Virus record (IMG/VR): IMGVR_UViG_2974723051_000001
Coordinates: 1-64,000 of that record
Direction: 5' to 3' (one strand)
From: a virus
Taxonomy: Duplodnaviria; Caudoviricetes
DNA length: 64,000 nucleotides
The notes under the pieces were generated by a model. It saw only the letters and a list, made by a program, of their open reading frames with translations. It made no database searches and was not told where the DNA came from. Shown one piece after another: positions 11,427-20,177 of the stretch. A program made the position numbers and the translations under genes. Position 1 is the stretch's first letter, and each line of letters opens with the position of its first letter.

Positions 11427-11997
11427 ATGAGACTGTTAGTCACTTATTCAACTCGGGACTATCAAACTAAGTTAGGTGCAATCTGGTTTGAGCACAACTA
11501 TTGTGAAATGTTTAGGTCTAATCACAAGCCGTTAGCAATGGCACATAATCATACAGCTTACTTAGACCATGATATTACAGCCAGAAGTGTCTTACCTGTT
11601 AGGGAACTGAACTAATGCGATTAGTACTTACCAACTGTTATGGACCAGAATCTCTTCCGAATAATGAGGTATCTTTTGTGTTTACCTCTGTTGTGTACTG
11701 GACTTGGAAAGATGTTCCAATGTGTAAAGCACACATGGATGACATTACAGAACACATACGGGAAATTTTAGAAGACGAGTTAATACTCGTAAGGGAGTTA
11801 ACCCGATGCGATTAATACTTACTCGTTGTTATGACACCCATACCTTAGAAGATGGTGAAGTGTCATTTATATATCATTCAATTCTGCATTGGACTTGGTT
11901 AGATGCTCCAATACTAGCGAACCCTACTAGTCACTTTGTTACTGCTCACCTAAAATCAATAGTGGAAGGTGAATTACTACTTAGCAGAGAAATGTGA
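11427..11997 (+). repeat. Micro-ORF array D (3 ORFs)
   Basis: 11427 MRLLVTY, 11615 MRLVLT, 11806 MRLILT; the last two are clear paralogs. Confidence 0.85.
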
Positions 11998-12056
11998 CAT
12001 ATATCACAAAAAATTCTTCGGTCACTCAACCTCCGGAGCACTCTGATAGTTCATTT

Positions 12057-12079
12057 TGGACCTCCGGTCCATCCTTGGA
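12057..12079 (+). promoter_or_regulatory. vRNAP hairpin promoter upstream of the gp2-like/RNAP II cluster
   Basis: TGGACC-TCC-GGTCCA then TCCTT-GGA; same loop-to-GGA spacing. Confidence 0.75.
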
Positions 12080-12119
12080 ATAATCCAAACTTTAATTTAA
12101 TTTATTAGGAGACTCAATT

Positions 12120-12359
12120 ATGGGCATTCAAACTGAAACTCAAGCACCTGCAACTAACGCTAAAGAAACTAAGAAAGCTGAAGGTTGGCTAAACCTAGTC
12201 GTCAAAGCTAAAGACGGTAACTACCACTCAGTGAAGTGTTACATTCCTCTTGAATCAACTAACGATGTTCATCGTGCAATGTTGAACAAAGAAGATGGTA
12301 CTGAATTTGAAATCATCGGTACTGTGAAGCACAACGTCACAAAAGAAATCGAATTGTAA
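12120..12359 (+). CDS. ssDNA-binding RNAP II cofactor (N4 gp2/Drc-like)
   Basis: KKAEGWLNL...YIPLE resembles N4 gp2 (KAQYWLNI...GIPLD); lies upstream of RNAP1. Confidence 0.65.
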   Translation: MGIQTETQAPATNAKETKKAEGWLNLVVKAKDGNYHSVKCYIPLESTNDVHRAMLNKEDGTEFEIIGTVKHNVTKEIEL

Positions 12360-12364
12360 TACCA

Positions 12365-12396
12365 AGGCCAATCCGAAAGGGTTGGCCTCACTTTTT
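12365..12396 (+). terminator. Terminator
   Basis: AGGCCAATCC-GAAA-GGGTTGGCCT plus T-tract. Confidence 0.75.
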
Positions 12397-12408
12397 GGAG
12401 AGAGTGAA

Positions 12409-12675
12409 ATGGCAGTATCAAACGAATATCTACAACAGTTGCCTTATGCGACTGACTACGTGTTGAACCATCTGATTCCAGAGACAGGTTGCATCAAAAT
12501 GTCTACAGAATCTTTAATGGTGGCTCAGATAGCCTACAACACTATCGAAGATGAGGTTATGGATGACATAGCCAATAATGTTCCACCAATTCTGGTGGTA
12601 GCAAAAATCGCTAATGCTACTAAAAATGCGCAAGTAGTAGAAGCAACAGTAAAACAAATCATTGAAACAAAATAG
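12409..12675 (+). CDS. Hypothetical protein
   Basis: GGAG RBS, ATG at 12409. Confidence 0.65.
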   Translation: MAVSNEYLQQLPYATDYVLNHLIPETGCIKMSTESLMVAQIAYNTIEDEVMDDIANNVPPILVVAKIANATKNAQVVEATVKQIIETK

Positions 12676-12684
12676 GAAATCGAC

Positions 12685-12945
12685 ATGTCCGATACAAACG
12701 AAGCTACAAAAGTACTTATCCGTGTTAAACCAAAGAACAGTGCAGAAGAACTAGATGCAATGTTTACTGAGTTCGACGCAGCAGAAGAACTGAAAGACAA
12801 AACAATGCTGACAGTCCCATCTACTAACCGTCTGGTTACAGATGAAGGTCACCTATTGGTTGTGCTACCTAAGCGCTTGGACTTCGCAATTGCATACGAA
12901 CCAGATGAGTTCGTGGTACTTGCAGAGAACGCCGCTACTGCTTAA
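12685..12945 (+). CDS. Hypothetical protein
   Basis: 86 aa, AGGA RBS, followed by a terminator at 12956-12982. Confidence 0.7.
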   Translation: MSDTNEATKVLIRVKPKNSAEELDAMFTEFDAAEELKDKTMLTVPSTNRLVTDEGHLLVVLPKRLDFAIAYEPDEFVVLAENAATA

Positions 12946-12993
12946 TCAACTAAATGGGGAGCCTTGTGCTCCCCTATTTTTATTGAGGCGTGT

Positions 12994-13215
12994 ATGAAAC
13001 TTTGTAAAACATATCACGAACAAGACGAAATACCTACTGTCTGGTTCGAATGTGGAGGAGTTACCTCAGACTGTATGGATGCAGGTTTTTACGTAGAATT
13101 TCTACGAGATGGTACATCAGATTGGGTGACCGTATATGGTCCCACAATAAATGACCAAAGTAAGTTTGAACGTGTCACTAAAGACATAACCTTAACTACC
13201 TTAAGCAAAATATAG
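12994..13215 (+). CDS. Micro-ORF family member
   Basis: MKLCKTY...VWFECGG; GAGG RBS. Confidence 0.65.
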   Translation: MKLCKTYHEQDEIPTVWFECGGVTSDCMDAGFYVEFLRDGTSDWVTVYGPTINDQSKFERVTKDITLTTLSKI

Positions 13216-13224
13216 GACAAACCA

Positions 13225-14178
13225 ATGACCACTAGAATGTTACCACGTGATTACCAAATGATGATGGAAACCAAGTACTCCAAATCAAACATCCGTAAAT
13301 ATATCCTTGATGATATTCAAGAGTGTCAGGAACTTATGGATAAGCTCCATATATGTGCGCTACAAGTGGAGAAATGGTGTCAAGAAGACCACTATGAATC
13401 CAAGAAGGAATCACTAGCTGTATTGCTAGATGAAGAGTTCAGTATCAAAGACTTGTTGGTTGATATTATGAGTATGGTTCTGACTCAGAGCTATCGTATG
13501 GAAATCACAAGTGCAGTTGGTTTAGTAGCTGGCTTTATGCCATGGGAAGACTACCGAATCAAAATCAAACGTGCAGCAGAATTGCTATTCCATTTAGCTG
13601 CTTGTGACATCATCGATATGGCTCCAGCATTTATCAGTGAAACCAATACAGTACTAATTAGTAATAAGTACTCAATTGGTGGTGATACTGCTAAGTATAT
13701 TGAAATGAGTAAGTTCACACCACCAATGGTATGTGTACCTGAACCAGTAAAGTCTACTCGTGAATCCGGTTACTTAACTAAGCAACAGTTCGCAATACTG
13801 AAAGGTAAACACCAGCACAACTATCCAGTTAACCTTGCATCAATCAATAACTTTAACTCTATTCCATTATCACTAGACCATGAGTTCTTACGTATGGTTG
13901 AAGATGAGTTAGAGACTGATACAGAAACAGAAATGGAGATTGATAAACGACGTAAAGCTTTCGATAAGCTACGCCTAGAAACCTACGATGTATGTTTAGA
14001 TATCATTCGTGCTGGTAATGAGTTCTATGAGACTCACTTTTGGTGTGGACGAGGCAGAACATATACCCGTGGTTATCACATCAACTCTCAGGGTAACAGC
14101 TACCGTAAAGCTATGGTAAATTACGCAGAGGCGGCTGACATTAATGAGGATATTGAAGATTGGAAACAATACTTCTAA
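13225..14178 (+). CDS. RNA polymerase II subunit 1 (RNAP1, N4 gp15-like)
   Basis: PPMVCVP and RGRTYTRGYHINSQGNSYRKA (T7-family RGRxY...QG motif). Confidence 0.93.
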   Translation: MTTRMLPRDYQMMMETKYSKSNIRKYILDDIQECQELMDKLHICALQVEKWCQEDHYESKKESLAVLLDEEFSIKDLLVDIMSMVLTQSYRMEITSAVGLVAGFMPWEDYRIKIKRAAELLFHLAACDIIDMAPAFISETNTVLISNKYSIGGDTAKYIEMSKFTPPMVCVPEPVKSTRESGYLTKQQFAILKGKHQHNYPVNLASINNFNSIPLSLDHEFLRMVEDELETDTETEMEIDKRRKAFDKLRLETYDVCLDIIRAGNEFYETHFWCGRGRTYTRGYHINSQGNSYRKAMVNYAEAADINEDIEDWKQYF

Positions 14179-14783
14179 AGACCTGTTCTAAGTGTGGTGA
14201 GTATAAAGAACTCACCCACTATCATAAATATCCTAAAGGTGTTTATGGTGTGCGGGCAGAATGCAAGGGATGTATTACAGCTCGTAGGCATTCTAAAGAA
14301 GGCACAGTGAAACAAATGTATCTTAGGCAACGAGCTAGTTCTAAAAAGCGGGGCTATACACTACCTGATTATACAGAACAGGAACTTAAACAATGGTTAT
14401 ATGACCAACCTAAATTCCATGAAATGTATTCTATTTGGGTAGCATCAGGCTTTAAAAAAGAACTTAAACCTTCTGTAGACCGTCTAGATGATTATGCTCC
14501 TTATACCTTATCGGGAATCCAATTAGTGACTTTCCAAACCAATAGAGATAATTATGAGCAGCATCGTAAAGAAGGTAAGTCAACCAAAGGTCTAATGACA
14601 GCAGTAGATAAATTGACGTTAGATGGCGAAATGATTAAACGCTATCACTCTATATCAGCAGCTTCAAGAGACAATAATAATTTGCACATTGGTACAATTC
14701 AATCGGTGTGTGCAGGCAAAACTAAGACTTGTGGTGGATTTAAGTGGCGTTATTCACTTGAACCAAATAATAACAAACATTAA
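14160..14783 (+). CDS. Free-standing homing endonuclease (Zn finger, His-Me-like core, NUMOD1)
   Basis: CSKC/CKGC; KPSVDRLDDYAPYTLSGIQLVT; C-terminal YHSISAAS...IQSVC...GGFKWRY. Confidence 0.8.
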   Translation: METILLKTCSKCGEYKELTHYHKYPKGVYGVRAECKGCITARRHSKEGTVKQMYLRQRASSKKRGYTLPDYTEQELKQWLYDQPKFHEMYSIWVASGFKKELKPSVDRLDDYAPYTLSGIQLVTFQTNRDNYEQHRKEGKSTKGLMTAVDKLTLDGEMIKRYHSISAASRDNNNLHIGTIQSVCAGKTKTCGGFKWRYSLEPNNNKH

Positions 14784-14805
14784 CTAAAACTCAGCGAGAA
14801 ATACT

Positions 14806-15245
14806 ATGAAAACTTTTACACCAATCGAATACATCTGTATTCACATTGCTAACTCTTTCGGTAAAGACAAACTACTGTTCGAAGACAGAATAGAGTGGGT
14901 TAAGCAAAACGGTAAACAACTACGTAAACTAGCAGGTCAAGCAGATGACAAAGCACAGTATCTACGTGGTGTACTTGAACTTGAACGTATCCTTAATGGT
15001 CAGCGTACTACTAATATGCCAATTGGTTTAGATGCAACTGCATCTGGCCTACAGATTCTATCTGTACTATCTGGCTGTATGGTTACTGCTAGCCATGTAG
15101 GTCTAGTTGACCCTAATAAACGTTGTGATGCATATACAGCGTGTGGTGATACTATGAACTTCTACTTACCAGAAGATAAGCAGATTATCCTTACTGGTAC
15201 TCCAAAAGCAGGTCAATACACTCGTAAAGACCTAAAGCAACCCTT
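14806..15245 (+). CDS. RNA polymerase II subunit 2 (RNAP2), exon 1
   Basis: GKDKLLFEDRIEW; motif A GLDATASGLQ; start of motif B RKDLKQP. Confidence 0.92.
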
Positions 15246-16112
15246 AGAACATTGAGGCTTTATGCAGCGATGCATATCGAATAACTACGTGAATTCATGG
15301 GAACCCCTAACGTTAAGCCGAGGGCAATCATGAGCCAAGTTGACAAGAAGAATTGTAAAAGTAATACTTGCATAAAAATGTGCAAAGGAAACTTTTATGG
15401 AAACTTCACAGTGTAACAAATGTAATCAAATCAAGCCTGTATCTGAATTTCCTAAGATTACTCATAATCAATTTAGAAGTTCAAAAGGAAGTTCTGGAAT
15501 CTACTCATACTGTAAAGAATGCAGAAATGCTAAAGCAAGAGAGTGGCGAAAGAATAATCCTAATTACAAAGCATCAGGTAAATTAAGTAGTTACCCTAAA
15601 GAAGATAAACTATTGCTATCTGCAATACGCAGTAGAATATCTGATTGTAAGGGTAGAATACGTAGGGCTAATCCGGCCTGTGTAAACTTATTTGATTTGG
15701 ATACCGATTACATGTATCAACTCTTTAAACAACAAGAAGGTAAATGTGCATTATCAGGTGTTGATTTATCACTTACTAAGAACGATTTGAATGTCTTATC
15801 CATAGATAAAATCGAACCTAGCAAAGGGTACATCAAAGGTAATGTTCAATGGCTTTCATGGGCAACTAACCGAGCTAAAGGTGAAATGCCCCAACAAGAG
15901 TTTATTGAGTTATGTCAAAAGGTGCAGAGACTATCGAAAGCATAACCGAAAGGTGAAGAAGCGAGTAGAGTAGGTTCAAGTGAACCGAAGTGCGTAGCAT
16001 CTCTGACTAGAGATGATGATATAGTCCGACCTCATATGAAAGTATGAGCAGTTTGTAGGTAGAGAAACTATAAACGGGATTAGATGTAACGAATCTAATT
16101 TGAACATAAGTG
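15246..16112 (+). mobile_element. Group I intron in RNAP2
   Basis: P1 CCUU/GAGG with U.G at the 5' splice site; core CAGAGACTA (about 15925) and GATATAGTCC (about 16018); terminal G; splicing restores KQPFMTHFY. Confidence 0.88.
15397..15945 (+). CDS. Intron-encoded homing endonuclease (His-Me finger-like)
   Basis: CNKC/CKEC Zn finger; QEGKCALSG...SIDKIEPSKGYIKGNVQW...NRAKG. Confidence 0.85.
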   Translation: METSQCNKCNQIKPVSEFPKITHNQFRSSKGSSGIYSYCKECRNAKAREWRKNNPNYKASGKLSSYPKEDKLLLSAIRSRISDCKGRIRRANPACVNLFDLDTDYMYQLFKQQEGKCALSGVDLSLTKNDLNVLSIDKIEPSKGYIKGNVQWLSWATNRAKGEMPQQEFIELCQKVQRLSKA

Positions 16113-16902
16113 TATGACACATTTTTATTTCTCTAAAGCCGAACCAAAGAAAGTATTTGGGGATAATACAGTTGAGCTACTAGCGTTCTATAGCGCTGTA
16201 AATGATATGGCTCCGGGAGCTAATGCACTCATGGATGATATATTTGGTGCAATGAAACGTGATACAGCTACAGAGTACAAATGGACTCTACCTGATGGTC
16301 ATACTGCATTTACTCGTGTGATGGTTACTAAAGACCGTACTGTGGAACTAGAAGAACTGAAGAATGCTTCAGGTAAAGCTTCTACATTCACTCACCGTAT
16401 GGAAGTAAATGAACCAAACGATAAAGATGTATCACTTGTAGCTAACGTTACTCACTCATGTGATGGATTCGTTGTACGTGAAATGGGTGGCCGTATGAAC
16501 CATAACAAACATCGTCTACTTAAGACTCTTGATGTAACTCGTGGTTGTCGTGTAACCAATCGTGACAAGATGGTATCTATCTTTGAGGTTGATGCATTGC
16601 TGTCGGGTAAACAGGACTATGACGACAATACGCTAGGTCTATTGGCAGAAGTATGTGAGTCAGTATTAGAGAACCCATCTGCACCTATGAAGTCGGTACA
16701 TGATGAGTTCAAAACTATGGCTCCTTACTGTAACCAAATGCGTAGATACTATACTGATATACTTGCTCAAATGGCTGAATCCAACATGATTCAAGACATT
16801 CTACGTGAGTTGTACCATAACCCTAATCTGGTTTATCAGAAAGAAGGTGACGGTATGGCACTAGCAGAAGCAATCAGAGGTAGCAACTACGCTATCTGTT
16901 AA
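16113..16902 (+). CDS. RNAP2 exon 2
   Basis: MTHFYFSKAEPK (rest of motif B), WTLPDG, ANVTHSCDG, motif C SVHDEF. Confidence 0.92.
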
Positions 16903-16908
16903 CTAACT

Positions 16909-16938
16909 AAGGCACTCTTCGGAGTGTCTTTATTTTTT
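16909..16938 (+). terminator. Terminator
   Basis: AAGGCACTC-TTCG-GAGTGTCTT plus T-tract. Confidence 0.8.
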
Positions 16939-16949
16939 GGAGTATAAGT

Positions 16950-17780
16950 ATGAAATATGTATATGTGTTTGTAATATTTTTTATAATTTTTATAGGTATT
17001 ACACTAGGTTTTGGGGGTGATATGGGACTAGTAGTATTACTACTATTTTTTGGGTATTTCATAGGAAATATTACATTACATAAGGATATAGCAAAAAATA
17101 TTAATAAAATTGAGGAGTTGACCATAGGGATTAATGTATTAGAAAAGATAATACGTGAGCAAGAAAATAGGATTAATGAAAAAGATATTCTTATTGCCGG
17201 ATTAGAAAATAAAAGAAATCCTAGCAACCTTAATACACTAACTGCTTATGAATGGCTAGGCTTGGACCCTATCAATACCGATACAGCTAAGATAAAAACC
17301 CAATTTAAGCGCTTATCTACAATGTATCACCCAGATAAAGGGGGTAGTAACAAGATGCAAACTATCTTAGTGAATGCGCGCGATGAGTTACTAAATAATA
17401 TCCATAAAGGTACAGTGATGGTATCTGCAAAATGTTTTAATGATTATAGCGTAGTAATACCAAATAATTCTTTCTTCTATGTACGTTATACAAAAGAAAT
17501 GCTTGTATTTAATCCAATTACTAAGAATTATCAACCATTAACAGTTTTATGTTTTTATACCCGAGAAGGGCATAAGTATATGTGGTTAAACTGCTTAAGT
17601 ATGCTACTTGATGGTATACCTTCTGAAATAGTAATGGGGGATAAATTTGAAAAGGATATTCGTGTAATTCATTTTAATATTATTAATCAATATTTGAAAG
17701 GTATGCATAAAGAGACTAGTAATATTATTACAAAGTTGGATGAAGAACTAGATGAAAAGATAAGGACATTACGGCGATGA
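16950..17780 (+). CDS. Membrane-anchored J-domain (DnaJ-like) protein
   Basis: Two N-terminal TM helices, coiled coil, AYEWLGL...FKRLSTMYHPDKGGS with intact HPD. Confidence 0.85.
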   Translation: MKYVYVFVIFFIIFIGITLGFGGDMGLVVLLLFFGYFIGNITLHKDIAKNINKIEELTIGINVLEKIIREQENRINEKDILIAGLENKRNPSNLNTLTAYEWLGLDPINTDTAKIKTQFKRLSTMYHPDKGGSNKMQTILVNARDELLNNIHKGTVMVSAKCFNDYSVVIPNNSFFYVRYTKEMLVFNPITKNYQPLTVLCFYTREGHKYMWLNCLSMLLDGIPSEIVMGDKFEKDIRVIHFNIINQYLKGMHKETSNIITKLDEELDEKIRTLRR

Positions 17781-17843
17781 GAGTAGTAGCTACTTACCTC
17801 TCTGCACTTCAGTATCGAGATGTAAAGAGTGGTGTACTAACTC

Positions 17844-17858
17844 GCATCCTCCGGATGC
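17844..17858 (+). promoter_or_regulatory. Possible hairpin promoter
   Basis: GCATCC-TCC-GGATGC. Confidence 0.5.
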
Positions 17859-18467
17859 CGGAATGAATATTAATTAAAACTAACTATGTGGGAGATAGAT
17901 AGTCTAGGAGAACAAATGAAAATAACAATACACAACCTTCAAAAATTTATTGATAAAGTAGAGCACAATTATGCTCACGGGACAGTTACTTTTTATACCA
18001 AAATTTCTGGTTATCTAGTCCCATTCTCTATTGTGAACACTACAATGGAACCAACAAACATTATGCCTACAAGTCTACCGGAGCTAGATAGTCTCGGCAT
18101 TTCATCTACTGAGATACTGCGAGGTATTGAACGATGCAAACTTATCAGAGGCTATTAGTCAGAATTGACTTAGAAAAACTAAGTGATGCTAGACATACCT
18201 TCTTAGGTACATTCGGAGCTAAACCAAAAGTAAGTACTGGTTACCGAAACCAAGGTCATATAGCTATACCACTTAAATTCTTATTAAGAGATGGTTTCAG
18301 CTTTCTGTACGACGATGACAGTTGGTATGAAAAAGGCTCAGTGCTAATCAACAATGAGCCATGTTATTACTTTAGTAATAATGAGGTAGATATACTAACG
18401 GGAGATTGAATAAACATGAATAAATATGGTTTCTCTAGGTAAACGTAAATCCCATAAAGGATGGAGA

Positions 18468-18989
18468 CTACCTACTTAAACTATAGTTATGAATACCTTG
18501 AGCAATAGCTTTAGCTAACTCTTGCTGCTTATCAATCATAATCATCATATCCACATCATTGTCTATGAAACCCGGCTCTAAAATGATACAAGGCATAGCT
18601 GTCTTACGTAGGATGAGTTCACGTGTTGATTCTTTAATACCACGGTCACGAATATCAAGTGTTTCCACTACAGCATCTTGTACATATTGAGCTAGCTTAA
18701 TACCTTTACGACTCTTCGGATAATGGAGTGTCTCTGAACCAGAAACCAACTTATTGAATGCATTGCAATGAAGCTCTACTGCTACATCTGCCTTGGTTCG
18801 ATTAATCTGTGCCGGTAACTCAGCTAACGATTTACGGAATACTAGTTCGACTTCATGACCTAGTTTTTCCAACTCTTCCACTACTCCCTTTCCAAGGGAT
18901 GTGTTGTATGAAAACTCAGTAATACCGAATGTTTCGTTATAAGCTCCTTGCTCATCTGGCGAATGTCCTACTGAAATACATACTTTCAT
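18468..18989 (-). CDS. N-acetylmuramoyl-L-alanine amidase (Amidase_3), candidate endolysin
   Basis: ISVGHS, TEFSYN, VELHCNA, IILEPGFIDN; start at MKVCISVG. Confidence 0.92.
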   Translation of the reverse strand: MKVCISVGHSPDEQGAYNETFGITEFSYNTSLGKGVVEELEKLGHEVELVFRKSLAELPAQINRTKADVAVELHCNAFNKLVSGSETLHYPKSRKGIKLAQYVQDAVVETLDIRDRGIKESTRELILRKTAMPCIILEPGFIDNDVDMMIMIDKQQELAKAIAQGIHNYSLSR

Positions 18990-19039
18990 AATTTTACCTT
19001 TTTGTTTAGAACACCCTAATAATATCCAAGGAGTTTCAA

Positions 19040-19468
19040 ATGGCAATCAAAATTCAACTAGTACGTGAAGTAGAGAACTGCCCACCTTTCAAAGAATATA
19101 AGGAATCAGTTATTGGTTTCTCATGGACAACCTTCTTTTTCGGTCCACTACCTAGCGTACTACGTGGTGATTGGTTTAATGCAATCTTACTAATAGTGAT
19201 TTATATGCTTACTGAATTAGCTGTAGCACTATCAGTACTCGTATTTGTAGATACTAACTACCTGTACTACACAATGGTAACAGCTCTATTGTTCCGTGTG
19301 GCAGTATGGATAGCAGTGGCTGCAAATATCAACAGAGCCTACAACCGTAAGCTCGCTAAGACGTGGCATCTAGATTGGGATGAAACCAAGAAGATGAATA
19401 ACTACGACTACTATGATGAATCCCCATTACGTGGTCAGTTAACTCGTCTTGGTTTTTACTTTGTCTAA
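19040..19468 (+). CDS. Membrane protein (DUF2628-like)
   Basis: IGFSWTTFFFGPLPSVLRGDW and three TM segments. Confidence 0.65.
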   Translation: MAIKIQLVREVENCPPFKEYKESVIGFSWTTFFFGPLPSVLRGDWFNAILLIVIYMLTELAVALSVLVFVDTNYLYYTMVTALLFRVAVWIAVAANINRAYNRKLAKTWHLDWDETKKMNNYDYYDESPLRGQLTRLGFYFV

Positions 19469-19477
19469 GGAAATGAC

Positions 19478-19891
19478 ATGACATTTACACCTTTTAAAAT
19501 GCATGTGACATTGGATGTATTTATCCTTTGGCCACTACTTGCACTAGCTCTAGTGTTCCCTACAGTATTCTCTGTAGAAGTTCACGAACACTCTCAGAAA
19601 CTCCTATCCGCACTTGTATTTGGCTTGGGTATCATGGCTCTATTTGATATCCCTATGCGTCATATACATGTAGCTCGCTGGATTAAAGCCGGTAAGGAAC
19701 CAATGACAGATAATCACTACAACTATGCGCTGGTAACTAGTGTAATAGAAGCATTGGTTATGTGGCACTTTGGCTGGCAATGGTCAGCAGTTATTTGGAT
19801 AGGTATTGCGTATAGTTCTGCAATGTTACATGCATGTCATGTAGCTAAATTTGAAGTACTAAGGAAAACCAATGGAAATCCAAGTAAGTAA
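19478..19891 (+). CDS. Membrane protein
   Basis: Four hydrophobic segments. Confidence 0.7.
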   Translation: MTFTPFKMHVTLDVFILWPLLALALVFPTVFSVEVHEHSQKLLSALVFGLGIMALFDIPMRHIHVARWIKAGKEPMTDNHYNYALVTSVIEALVMWHFGWQWSAVIWIGIAYSSAMLHACHVAKFEVLRKTNGNPSK

Positions 19892-20177
19892 GAAAATGCA
19901 ACACGTTCACTTCACTATCTCTGGTCGCAGCGATGGTGGTACTGCTAAAACCACTCACTTAATGGATGCTCATGAAGCATTTGTTAAAGAGTTTGGTGCT
20001 AACCAGACAGTATCAATTGTGATTTATCTCGAAAGTGGTATTCACAAAGTGAACAAGGGTTCAGCTAAATCAGTGATTTTTGGTTACAAACGAGCTGCTA
20101 AGAAACTGGTTGAGTTTGTCCAATCACAGGGCAACCCTAACTTTGAAATCAATCTTCAATTCATTAAGGCATTCTAA
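19872..20177 (+). CDS. Hypothetical protein
   Basis: 101 aa; AAGGA RBS. Confidence 0.65.
   Translation: MEIQVSKKMQHVHFTISGRSDGGTAKTTHLMDAHEAFVKEFGANQTVSIVIYLESGIHKVNKGSAKSVIFGYKRAAKKLVEFVQSQGNPNFEINLQFIKAF

Noticed and set aside
922-11997. Diversity-generating retroelement or integron as the source of array diversity
   Set aside because: No reverse transcriptase, TR/VR pair, tyrosine integrase or attC-like palindromes seen in this window
922-11997. Stop-codon reassignment fragmenting long genes
   Set aside because: Successive ORFs change frame and have their own motif-bearing starts; all three stops are used; core genes read normally in the standard code
14806-16902. RNAP2 as a pseudogene or three-subunit polymerase
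   Set aside because: Group I intron signals give exact in-frame rejoining
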